The notes below the pieces were generated by a model that worked only from the letters and a program-made list of their open reading frames with translations, made no database searches and was not told the DNA's origin. From positions 68,464-132,463 of the forward strand of contig CACGPY010000001.1 of NCBI GenBank assembly GCA_902575095.1: a stretch of 64,000 nt of DNA. Reading direction: 5' to 3'. Every line of letters starts with the position of its first letter. Position 1 is the first letter of the stretch. This document shows, one piece after another, positions 38,040-47,247 of the stretch. Source of the stretch: an uncultured Pelagibacteraceae bacterium (lineage in GTDB: Bacteria; Pseudomonadota; Alphaproteobacteria; Pelagibacterales; Pelagibacteraceae). The position numbers were made by a program, and so were the translations under genes.

Positions 38040-38651
38040 ATGACTAGAATAACAAATTATATAATTCTGGTTTTATTAACTTTAACTTTTACAACTGTTA
38101 AGGCAGATGTAAACTTAATTGAGAAAACTTTACGTTCTCAACCTCTTACAGTTTTTGATCTTGGACTTTTAAGACTTAAAAACGATCTTAGGCAAGCTAA
38201 AAAGGATTTAGTTCTTGAAGTAGATAATAAAAATGTATCTACAATTTATACTGAAGCTTTATTTTCTAGAAGAGACGATGGAATTCAATTAATTGTGTCA
38301 GCACCGATGAGCACTCATTTAAATGCTAACTCGTACATGGTGGACTCAATTAAATGTAGAAAAATTTTTGAAAAAGTTAAAAATAATCTTTTAAAAGGAC
38401 AAAACGAGAGCAATATGATTCACTCAAAAGCTGCATCTTATTTAAGTGAAGTATTCACCGCTCCAACACAATGGAATGCTTGGAGATATGATAAAGGTTT
38501 TACACAAAAATTAGTTAACTTTGTACAACTAGAAGTTACATTAAAGCCAACTCAATCCTACGCAGTTAAAAATAAAGTAAGACCTTTTAGTTGCGGAGGG
38601 TCTTTAGCCTCTGATTATCAACAAATCGAGATAACTAGAAAGTTCAACTAA
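38040..38651 (+). CDS. Secreted hypothetical protein
   Basis: Signal peptide ending VKA; 203 aa; own TTGAGA-N16-TAAAAT promoter. Confidence 0.7.
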   Translation: MTRITNYIILVLLTLTFTTVKADVNLIEKTLRSQPLTVFDLGLLRLKNDLRQAKKDLVLEVDNKNVSTIYTEALFSRRDDGIQLIVSAPMSTHLNANSYMVDSIKCRKIFEKVKNNLLKGQNESNMIHSKAASYLSEVFTAPTQWNAWRYDKGFTQKLVNFVQLEVTLKPTQSYAVKNKVRPFSCGGSLASDYQQIEITRKFN

Positions 38652-38661
38652 AAAGTTATCA

Positions 38662-38690
38662 TTTTAATAAATTTGTAACACATCTGTAAT
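38662..38690 (+). promoter_or_regulatory. Pho box array upstream of pstS
   Basis: TTTTAAT / TTGTAAC / CTGTAAT at 38662, 38673, 38684 (11-bp period). Confidence 0.75.
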
Positions 38691-38758
38691 ATTTAAGAGT
38701 CCTCTTAATTCTATGAATCCAATGTTTGTTAATTAATTAATAAATGAAAGGATAAACA

Positions 38759-39763
38759 ATGAGAAAACTATCAATCGCTTTGGCTTCATTAGTTGCAATG
38801 TTAGTTGTAACTTCTGTTCAAGCTAGAGATCAGATTAAAATCGTAGGTTCTTCAACTGTATTCCCGTACGCAACAATCGTTGCTGAAAGGTTTGGTTCGT
38901 CTGGTAAATTTAAAACACCAGTAATCGAGTCAACAGGAACAGGTGGTGGAGCTAAATTATTCTGTGCCGGTGTTGGTACAGAGCACCCAGACGTAACAAA
39001 TGCATCTAGAGCCATGAAGGCTAAAGAGTACGCGCTATGTCAAAAAAATGGTGTTGAAGAAATCGTAGAGATTACAGTTGGTAATGATGGAATAACGTTA
39101 GCTTATTCTAAAGATGCTAAACCAGTAAACTTTACAAAAAAACAATTATGGGCAGCATTAGCAAAAGAAGTTGCTAAAGATGGTAAGTTAGTACCGAATC
39201 CATATAAAAAATGGAGCGATATTGACTCTTCATTACCAAACTACCCAATTAAAGTGATGGTACCTCCAGGAACATCAGGAACAAGAGATGCCTGGAATTC
39301 ATTAGTAATGAAAAAAGGTATCGATAAAGCTTCAAAAGATGCTGGTGCTAAATATAAAGCACTAAGAGAAGACGGTGCGGTAATTGAAGTTGGTGAAAAC
39401 GACTCACTAATTATTCAAAAACTAGCTGCTGATAAAGAAATGTTTGGTTTCTTTGGTTTCAGTTATTTCTTAGCTGCAAAAGACAAATTGCAAGCAGCGA
39501 GCATTGAAGGTGGTCAACCAAGCTTAAAATCTATTCAAGATTATAGCTATGCAGTTGCTAGACCTTTATTCTTCTATGTGAAAAAAGCACACGTAGGCGT
39601 TGTCCCTGGCTTACATGAATTTGTAAAAGAATTCACAAGTAAAAAAGCTATGGGTAAAAAAGGTTACTTAACTGATATCGGGTTAGTACCTCTAGATAAC
39701 AAGTTATACAAAACATCTAGAACGAACGCTACGAAGTTAGTTAACATGCCTGCTAAGAAGTAG
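38759..39763 (+). CDS. pstS: Phosphate ABC transporter substrate-binding protein
   Basis: Signal peptide; GSSTVFP, ESTGTGGG, NASR, SGTRD, RPLFFYVK; heads pstCAB. Confidence 0.93.
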   Translation: MRKLSIALASLVAMLVVTSVQARDQIKIVGSSTVFPYATIVAERFGSSGKFKTPVIESTGTGGGAKLFCAGVGTEHPDVTNASRAMKAKEYALCQKNGVEEIVEITVGNDGITLAYSKDAKPVNFTKKQLWAALAKEVAKDGKLVPNPYKKWSDIDSSLPNYPIKVMVPPGTSGTRDAWNSLVMKKGIDKASKDAGAKYKALREDGAVIEVGENDSLIIQKLAADKEMFGFFGFSYFLAAKDKLQAASIEGGQPSLKSIQDYSYAVARPLFFYVKKAHVGVVPGLHEFVKEFTSKKAMGKKGYLTDIGLVPLDNKLYKTSRTNATKLVNMPAKK

Positions 39764-39780
39764 TAGTATCCATCAAACAA

Positions 39781-39810
39781 AAAAAAAGGGGGTATTTTAC
39801 CCCCTTTTTT
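39781..39810 (+). terminator. Hairpin between pstS and pstC (terminator or mRNA stabiliser)
   Basis: AAAAAAAGGGGGT-attt-TACCCCCTTTTTT. Confidence 0.7.
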
Positions 39811-39832
39811 ACTTTTATTTCGAAAGCTCATT

Positions 39833-41209
39833 ATGAATTTAATACTTGTAACTTTTATTGTTCTCTTAGCTTTCACAAGTTATTATTTCGGTAGAAAAAA
39901 AGCCTTAGTTATTCAATCATCACAAAGACTTACAGCATTACCAAAATTTTATGGATATTATTTAGCCGCGTGGTGTGCTGCACCAGCACTAATAATTTTC
40001 ATTCTATGGTCAGTTTTTGAACCATCAATCGTTAAAACATTTATTTTACAAGATTACACCGATCAAAATTTAACAAAAAATGAGCTTCAGCTTATTTACA
40101 CAAAAGTTAAAGCATTAGCCTTAGGAAATTACACGGGAAATATTACTAATTTTTTAGATGCGTCTGCTGATAAGTATATTCAACTAAAAGGAATAGCCAA
40201 CAGTGCTAAAGTAGCAATTATTTTAGCAATTTTAATTTTCTCTCTGAGTTACGCATATAGATCTGTTCAGAAAAATGATCGAATGAGGGAACCAGTAGAA
40301 ATTTTTCTTAAATGGGTATTATTTGTTGCATCATTAGGTGCAGTTTTAGTTACAATCGGAATAATTTTTTCACTTTTATTTGAAGCGATTAGATTTTTTC
40401 AAGCAGTAAAATTCTTTGACTTTATATTCGGAACTCATTGGTACCCTGCTAAAACTTTTGTAAGAGACGGCCAGCCAGATCCTGAATTAATGAAGGATGC
40501 TTTCGGAGCTGTGCCTTTATTTGCCGGAACTTTTTTTATTGCTTTTATTGCAATGTGTGTTGCCATTCCCATAGGTTTATTAAGCGGGATTTATCTATCT
40601 GAGTATGCTGGAAGAGGTGTGAGAAAATATGCGAAACCTATTATTGAGATTTTAGCTGGTATTCCAACAGTGGTATACGGTTTTTTTGCAGCTTTAACCG
40701 TCGGTCCTTTTGTTAAAGAAATAGGTAACGCTATGGGTTTAGAAGTTTCAGCGGAGAGCGCTTTAGCTGCAGGAGCAGTTATGGGAGTAATGATCATTCC
40801 TTTTATTTCAAGTCTAAGCGATGACGTTATAACAGCAGTACCGCAAAATTTAAGAGATGGAAGTTACGCAATGGGTGCAACAAAATCTGAAACTGTAAAA
40901 AAAGTAATTTTTCCAGCAGCCTTACCTGGTATCGTAGGTTCGATACTTTTAGCAGTATCAAGAGCGGTGGGAGAAACAATGATTGTTGTAATGGCCTCAG
41001 GACTAGCGGCTAATCTTACAATGAATCCCCTTGAGTCAACTTCAACTATTACAGCGCAAATTGTAGTAATTTTAATTGGAGACCAACAATTCGGAGATCC
41101 AAAAACTCAATCAGCTTTTGCCTTAGGAATATCTTTATTTATAGTAACTTTGTTCTTAAATGTAATCGCTCTTTCAGTTGTTAAAAGATATAGGGAAAAA
41201 TATGAATAA
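39833..41209 (+). CDS. pstC: Phosphate ABC permease PstC
   Basis: YLSEYA, EILAGIPTVVYG, SRAVGETM. Confidence 0.94.
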   Translation: MNLILVTFIVLLAFTSYYFGRKKALVIQSSQRLTALPKFYGYYLAAWCAAPALIIFILWSVFEPSIVKTFILQDYTDQNLTKNELQLIYTKVKALALGNYTGNITNFLDASADKYIQLKGIANSAKVAIILAILIFSLSYAYRSVQKNDRMREPVEIFLKWVLFVASLGAVLVTIGIIFSLLFEAIRFFQAVKFFDFIFGTHWYPAKTFVRDGQPDPELMKDAFGAVPLFAGTFFIAFIAMCVAIPIGLLSGIYLSEYAGRGVRKYAKPIIEILAGIPTVVYGFFAALTVGPFVKEIGNAMGLEVSAESALAAGAVMGVMIIPFISSLSDDVITAVPQNLRDGSYAMGATKSETVKKVIFPAALPGIVGSILLAVSRAVGETMIVVMASGLAANLTMNPLESTSTITAQIVVILIGDQQFGDPKTQSAFALGISLFIVTLFLNVIALSVVKRYREKYE

Positions 41210-42473
41210 TTTTAAGCAAAATTTATTAAAAAAAAGATACAACGCTGAAAGAAGATTTCAATGGTATGGCAAGATAGCTATAGGATTAGCTTTAAGCTTT
41301 TTAGCAGTTTTTATGTTTCAGATATTTTCAAAAGGTTACTCAGCTTTCCAAAAAACTTGGATAGTAACAGAAGTTCATTATGATAAAGAATTACTTTTAA
41401 TCGATGCAGAAAGTCCATCAAAAGATGATTTAGAAAACGCAGACTATTATGATGTTGCTTACAAAGCTATGACCTCATTAGATCCTGGACTTCCTGAAGA
41501 AGAGGATCGTCAATTGATTCAAATGGTTTCATATAAATATGAGACAGAAGTTAAAGATCTACTTTTAAAAAATCCAGACTATCTGGGTAAAATAGTTCCC
41601 ATAAAATTAACAGCTTCTGATGATGTTGATCAAGTTCATAAGGGAAATTATCCAAGAGATATCCCTGAAAAGAATAGAAGAGTAAATGATTATCAGCTGC
41701 AGATTTACGATATGCTTAATGAGAGAGGAGATATTTTATCAGAGTTTAACATTAGTTTTTTTACAAGCCCTGATTCAAGAGAGGCAGAACTAGCAGGTAT
41801 AGCTAGCTCGTTTATGGGAACAGTTTTTAGTATACTAGTATGTTTAGCTTTTTCATTTCCTGTTGCAGTGTTAGCTGCAATTTATCTCGAGGAATTCGCA
41901 CCAAAAAATAAATTTACAGATTTTATAGAAGTAAACATTAATAATTTAGCAGCTGTTCCATCGATAGTATTTGGTTTGCTAGGTCTTGGTGTTTTATTAG
42001 CAGTTTTTAATTTACCAAGATCGACACCACTTGTTGGAGGAATTACTTTGTCTCTTATGACATTACCAACAATAATTATTGCTGCAAGAGCTTCTTTAAA
42101 AGCTGTTCCCCCAAGTATAAGAGAAGCTGCTTTAGCGATGGGTGCAAGTAATATGCAAACAACCATGCATCATACTGTGCCACTATCAATGCCTGGAACT
42201 TTATCTGGAACGATAATTGGCTTGGCTCAAGCTTTAGGGGAAACAGCCCCTTTAATTTTAATAGGAATGGTTGCTTTTGTGAATACAATACCTGGTACGC
42301 CAGTTGACCCTGCTGCAAGTTTACCAGTTCAGATATATATATGGTCAGAAAGTGCTGAGAGGGGTTTCGTTGAAAAAGTATCTGCATGTATTATGGTGCT
42401 TCTAGCTTTTTTAATTTTAATGAACTTGGCAGCTCAAATCGTTAGACACAAATTTGAAAAGAAATGGAGTTAA
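41202..42473 (+). CDS. pstA: Phosphate ABC permease PstA
   Basis: YLEEFAP, NLAAVPSIVFG, GETAPL; ATG 41202 overlaps the pstC end. Confidence 0.94.
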   Translation: MNNFKQNLLKKRYNAERRFQWYGKIAIGLALSFLAVFMFQIFSKGYSAFQKTWIVTEVHYDKELLLIDAESPSKDDLENADYYDVAYKAMTSLDPGLPEEEDRQLIQMVSYKYETEVKDLLLKNPDYLGKIVPIKLTASDDVDQVHKGNYPRDIPEKNRRVNDYQLQIYDMLNERGDILSEFNISFFTSPDSREAELAGIASSFMGTVFSILVCLAFSFPVAVLAAIYLEEFAPKNKFTDFIEVNINNLAAVPSIVFGLLGLGVLLAVFNLPRSTPLVGGITLSLMTLPTIIIAARASLKAVPPSIREAALAMGASNMQTTMHHTVPLSMPGTLSGTIIGLAQALGETAPLILIGMVAFVNTIPGTPVDPAASLPVQIYIWSESAERGFVEKVSACIMVLLAFLILMNLAAQIVRHKFEKKWS

Positions 42474-43229
42474 ATGAGTAAAATAAAAGCGGAAAATGTA
42501 AATGTTTATTACGGATCCAAACAGGCATTATTTGACGTCTCTATAGATATAGCAGAAAAAGAAGTTACAGCTTTAATTGGACCATCTGGGTGTGGAAAGT
42601 CTACTTTCTTAAGATGCTTGAACAGGATGAACGACGTCATAGAAATTTGTAGAGTTGAAGGAAGTATTAAAATGGACAACCTAGAACTGAATTCAAGAAA
42701 GTTAGATGTTGTGAGACTTAGGGAGAGCGTTGGTATGGTTTTTCAAAAACCCAATCCATTCCCTAAAACAATTTATGAAAATGTAGCTTATGGTCCTACT
42801 ATTCACGGTATTGCACAGAGCAAAGAAGAAATGGATCAAATAGTTGAAACAAGTTTGAAAAAAGCTGCCTTATGGAACGAAGTTAAAGATAGACTTGATG
42901 AAATCGGAACTGGTTTATCAGGAGGTCAACAGCAACGACTATGTATTGCTAGAGCTATATCTGTAAGTCCAGAAGTGATTCTTATGGACGAACCATGTTC
43001 AGCGCTTGACCCAATAGCAACAGCTCAAATTGAAGAACTTATAGATGATCTTAAAAAAGAGGTCACAATTGTGATAGTTACCCACTCAATGTCACAAGCA
43101 GCTAGGGTATCTCAAAAAACAGGTTTCTTTCATTTGGGAAAACTTATAGAATTTGGACCAACAGATAAAATATTTAAAAATCCTGATAATCAGCAAACTC
43201 AGGATTATATTACAGGAAGGTTTGGTTAA
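42474..43229 (+). CDS. pstB: Phosphate ABC ATPase PstB
   Basis: [46 protein letters not shown]. Confidence 0.97.
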   Translation: MSKIKAENVNVYYGSKQALFDVSIDIAEKEVTALIGPSGCGKSTFLRCLNRMNDVIEICRVEGSIKMDNLELNSRKLDVVRLRESVGMVFQKPNPFPKTIYENVAYGPTIHGIAQSKEEMDQIVETSLKKAALWNEVKDRLDEIGTGLSGGQQQRLCIARAISVSPEVILMDEPCSALDPIATAQIEELIDDLKKEVTIVIVTHSMSQAARVSQKTGFFHLGKLIEFGPTDKIFKNPDNQQTQDYITGRFG

Positions 43230-43909
43230 TGAGTGAAAAACCGCACATTGTAAAATCTTACGAAGAGCAACTTCAGTTATTAAAAGATACAATAGTGAAA
43301 ATGGGAACTGGAGTTGAGAAACAACTTGAAAACACTATTCAATCTTTAGTTAAAAAAGACATTAGTTTAGCAGAAAAATCTATCAAAGATGACGAATTGA
43401 CTGATAAGTATGAAATAAATATAGAAGAGCAAGTTGTAAATTTGATTGCCTTAAGGCAACCTATGGCAATAGATTTAAGAGAAACAGTTGTTGCCTTAAA
43501 AGTTTCTTCAGACTTAGAGAGAATTGGTGATTTAGCAAAAAACATCTCAAAACGATTAACTAAAATTGGAACTGATTTACCTAATGATATTACTAAAAAT
43601 TTCGAAATAGCTGGTTTAAAAGCATCAAAACAAGTCAATGCAGTTTTAAATTCGTATTTACATAGAGCTAAAGACACAGCAGAAAATGTTTGGAATTCTG
43701 ATGAAGAAATAGATCAAATGACTAATTCTAATATGGAAGCTGCAGTAAAGCATTTAGAAAAAAATAAAAACGATATACAAAAAGTAACCCAACTACTTTT
43801 CATGCTTAAAAATATTGAGAGGATTGGAGATCATGCAACCAATATTGCAGAGCAAGTTTATTTTCTGATTACAGGAGATTATTTAGAGGGAGACCGACCA
43901 AAAGGATAA
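43229..43909 (+). CDS. phoU: Phosphate signalling protein PhoU
   Basis: QPMAIDLR, DLERIGD, ERIGDHATNIAE. Confidence 0.96.
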   Translation: MSEKPHIVKSYEEQLQLLKDTIVKMGTGVEKQLENTIQSLVKKDISLAEKSIKDDELTDKYEINIEEQVVNLIALRQPMAIDLRETVVALKVSSDLERIGDLAKNISKRLTKIGTDLPNDITKNFEIAGLKASKQVNAVLNSYLHRAKDTAENVWNSDEEIDQMTNSNMEAAVKHLEKNKNDIQKVTQLLFMLKNIERIGDHATNIAEQVYFLITGDYLEGDRPKG

Positions 43910-44592
43910 TGAGGGCAAATTTATTCATTGTTGAAGATGAAATGCCCATCGTAACTTTACTTAAATACAATTTAGAAAAAGAGGGTCACAAAGTTGATTA
44001 TGCAGTCAATGGAGAAGACGCTATTAGAAATATAAAGGAAAAAAATCCTGATTTAATTTTATTAGATTGGATGTTGCCAGATATTTCAGGTGTTGAAGTC
44101 TGTAAAAATTTGAAAAGAAGCAATCTTCACAAAAATATCCCAATCATTATGTTAACAGCCAAAGGTGAAGAAGAAGACAAACTTAAAGGATTTGAAACAG
44201 GAGCTGATGACTACGTAACTAAGCCATTCAGCCAAAAAGAACTTATTGCAAGAGTTAACGCTTTATTAAAGAGATCTAAACCAAGTGTTGCCGCTGATGT
44301 TGTAGTATTTGAGGATCTTAAAGTAGATAGAGTTCAACGAAGAGTTTATAGAGCAGATAAACAAGTTATAGTCGGCCCAACCGAATTTAAACTAATTGAT
44401 TTTTTAATAAAGAATCCAAAAAGAGTATATTCGCGTGAGCAACTTCTAAATTCTGTATGGGGAGATGATATTTATGTTGAGTCCAGAACTATAGATGTTC
44501 ATATAAGAAGACTAAGAAAAGCAATAAATATTGATGGCAAGAAAGATCTTATCAGAACAGTAAGATCTGCTGGCTATTCCTTAGATGTTTGA
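43909..44592 (+). CDS. phoB: Phosphate regulon response regulator PhoB
   Basis: LLDWMLP, GADDYVTKPFS, GPTEF, RTIDVHIRRLRK, IRTVRSAGY. Confidence 0.95.
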   Translation: MRANLFIVEDEMPIVTLLKYNLEKEGHKVDYAVNGEDAIRNIKEKNPDLILLDWMLPDISGVEVCKNLKRSNLHKNIPIIMLTAKGEEEDKLKGFETGADDYVTKPFSQKELIARVNALLKRSKPSVAADVVVFEDLKVDRVQRRVYRADKQVIVGPTEFKLIDFLIKNPKRVYSREQLLNSVWGDDIYVESRTIDVHIRRLRKAINIDGKKDLIRTVRSAGYSLDV

Positions 44593-45098
44593 AGATCTTT
44601 TGGCTTTATAAATGATATTAATTTTCCTTTAACTTTTGATAACTTTCCCCAATCATTGAAATTAAAACTTACTTCAGCAACGGCTGCAGTAGGAAATTTT
44701 CTTTTTAAATTTTCAAATTGTTCAGAGTTTTCTTTAAGACAGATTCGATTTATGAGTTCACTAATTGAAGGTTCATGATTGATTAAAAGTAAAGTTTTAT
44801 AATTATCAACTGTTTGTTTTAAGATATGAATAATTTCATCCTCACTAGCATGATAAAGCGCTTTTTTTTTAATAATTTTCTTAAAACTGATTTTTTCTGA
44901 CAAAATATTTAATGTTTGTATTGTCCTTTTAGAGGATGAGCAATAAACTAAATCAAATTTAAATTTCTTTTTAATAAAAAATTCACAAATTAATTTTGCT
45001 GAATTTAACCCTCTTTTATTCAATGGCCTGTCATGATCATCTAAATCTGGAAAATCCCAACTAGATTTAGCATGTCTCATCGCATATAATTTAAACAT
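44574..45098 (-). CDS. sixA: SixA-like phosphohistidine phosphatase
   Basis: MRHAKS, RPLNKRG, SS..RT, NHEP, FPTA. Confidence 0.85.
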   Translation of the reverse strand: MFKLYAMRHAKSSWDFPDLDDHDRPLNKRGLNSAKLICEFFIKKKFKFDLVYCSSSKRTIQTLNILSEKISFKKIIKKKALYHASEDEIIHILKQTVDNYKTLLLINHEPSISELINRICLKENSEQFENLKRKFPTAAVAEVSFNFNDWGKLSKVKGKLISFIKPKDLQTSKE

Positions 45099-45120
45099 AT
45101 TTTTAATTTAACATTTAAAT

Positions 45121-47247
45121 ATGTCGAAAGCATCATTTTCAGAAAACGCTAATATTAGCAATCAACTCATAAACAGAGAATTATCTTGGCTTCAGTTTAA
45201 TGATCGTGTTTTAGAAGAGTCAAAAGATAAAACAAATCCTCTATTTGAAAGAGTAAAATTTTTATCAATCGCAGGTACAAATTTAGATGAATTTTTTATG
45301 GTAAGAGTCGCTGGACTTTTTAATCAAATTAAAGATGGTTTTGACGAATTAAGCGCAGATGGATTAACTGCAGAGGATCAATTGAATAGGGTCGTATTAA
45401 AAACTAAAGATCTATTAAAGAAGCAAAACGAAGCATTCCTAGATTTGAAAAAAGAGCTATCGAAAGAAAAAATTTTCATTCGAAAAATGTCAGAACTAAA
45501 TAAGAAGGATCTTATGTATCTAAGAGAATATTTTCAGGAAACAATTTATCCTATAATAACACCTACAGCCATTGACCCATCACATCCCTTTCCTTTTATA
45601 CCAAATAAAGGCCAAGCAATTTTACTAAGAATGACTAGAATAAAAAAAAAAAGAGAACTAAATGCAATTATAGTTATACCAAGAGCACTTCCAAAATTTA
45701 TATCGCTAAATAATTCTGAAACAATAAATGAATTTGTCACAATTGATGACGTAATTTGTAAATTTGCTAATGAAATATTTCCAGACCATAATATCGAGGC
45801 AAGTTTGCAGTTTAAAATAATTAGAGACAGTGAAATTGAAATAGATGATGAAGCTGCTGATCTTGTGAGATATTTTGAAAAAGCAATTAAGAAAAGAAGA
45901 AGGGGAAACGTAGTTAAACTCGAAGTACTCACTAATTCAAACAAAAAACTTTTAAATTTTATTTCAAAAAAATTTAAAATGGATGAAGATCATATTTATG
46001 AGGTTGAAGGATTGGTTGGAATACAAGATATAGATGAAATTTGTAAAAAGAAAGATCCAAAGCTGAGATTTAAAAAGTTTAATCCTAGAGAAGTTGAAAG
46101 ATTGAAGGAATTTGATGATAAATTTTTTTCAGCTATAAGAAGTAAAGATTTTGTTGTACACCATCCTTTTGAAACTTTTGATGTAGTAATTCAATTTTTA
46201 GAAGCTGCAGCAAAAGATCCCAAAGTTATCGGTATCAAACAAACTTTGTATCGAACCACACCTGACTCTCCTATCGTAAAAGCACTAAGTAGAGCAGCAG
46301 AAAACGGAAAAGTTGTTACAGCCGTAATAGAAATAAAAGCTCGATTTGATGAGGAAGCTAATATTGAATTATCTAGGAAACTAGAGAAAGCTGGCGTTCA
46401 AATTGTTTACGGATTCGCAAAATACAAAACGCATGCAAAGGCAAGTTTAGTTTTAAGAAAAGAAGGAGCTAAAACGCGAAGCTATGTTCACTTAGGTACA
46501 GGAAACTATCATCCTATTAACGCAAAAATTTATACTGACTTATCACTGTTTAGCTCTAATCAAGACTTGGCCAAAGATGTCGAAAAATTTTTTAATTATG
46601 TAACTGGTTATGCAAAACCAAAAAAATTGAATAAAATTTTTATGTCTCCATTAAATAGTAGGAATTTTTTTGAAGAAAAAATTGAAAATGAAATAGTAAA
46701 TGCAAATAAAGGAAAACCTGCAGAAATATGGGCAAAAATGAATTCTCTTGTAGACCCAGGAATTATTAAGAAATTTTACGAAGCTTCAAACGCAGGAGTA
46801 AAAATAAATTTATCGGTAAGAGGAGTATGTTGCTTAAGACCTGGAATTAAAGGTCAATCTGAAAATATAAAAGTAAAAAGCCTTATTGGCAGATTTTTAG
46901 AACACTCAAGAATTTATTGTTTTGCAAATGGTAGTTCTATGCCCTCTCGAGAGAATCAGGTATATATTTCATCTGCAGATTTAATGCCTAGAAATTTAGA
47001 TAGAAGAATTGAAATTATAATTCCGATAGAAAACAATACTGTACATGAGCAAATTTTAGATCAAATTATGTTAGCCAACTTTAAAGATAAATCGGAAACA
47101 TGGTATTTAGATAGCATAGGAAACTACCATAAAGAACAAGAAAAAGGCTTTTCCGCACATTCCTATTTCATGAAGAACCCAAGTTTATCAGGTCGTGGTA
47201 AGTCAATTTTAAGAGCTAAACCTCAAAATTTGAGATTAGTAAAATGA
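45121..47247 (+). CDS. ppk1: Polyphosphate kinase 1
   Basis: NRELSWL, NLDEFFMVRV, HPFPF, HHPF, KARFDE, KTHAK, TGNY, GRFLEHSR, SADLMPRN. Confidence 0.97.
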   Translation: MSKASFSENANISNQLINRELSWLQFNDRVLEESKDKTNPLFERVKFLSIAGTNLDEFFMVRVAGLFNQIKDGFDELSADGLTAEDQLNRVVLKTKDLLKKQNEAFLDLKKELSKEKIFIRKMSELNKKDLMYLREYFQETIYPIITPTAIDPSHPFPFIPNKGQAILLRMTRIKKKRELNAIIVIPRALPKFISLNNSETINEFVTIDDVICKFANEIFPDHNIEASLQFKIIRDSEIEIDDEAADLVRYFEKAIKKRRRGNVVKLEVLTNSNKKLLNFISKKFKMDEDHIYEVEGLVGIQDIDEICKKKDPKLRFKKFNPREVERLKEFDDKFFSAIRSKDFVVHHPFETFDVVIQFLEAAAKDPKVIGIKQTLYRTTPDSPIVKALSRAAENGKVVTAVIEIKARFDEEANIELSRKLEKAGVQIVYGFAKYKTHAKASLVLRKEGAKTRSYVHLGTGNYHPINAKIYTDLSLFSSNQDLAKDVEKFFNYVTGYAKPKKLNKIFMSPLNSRNFFEEKIENEIVNANKGKPAEIWAKMNSLVDPGIIKKFYEASNAGVKINLSVRGVCCLRPGIKGQSENIKVKSLIGRFLEHSRIYCFANGSSMPSRENQVYISSADLMPRNLDRRIEIIIPIENNTVHEQILDQIMLANFKDKSETWYLDSIGNYHKEQEKGFSAHSYFMKNPSLSGRGKSILRAKPQNLRLVK

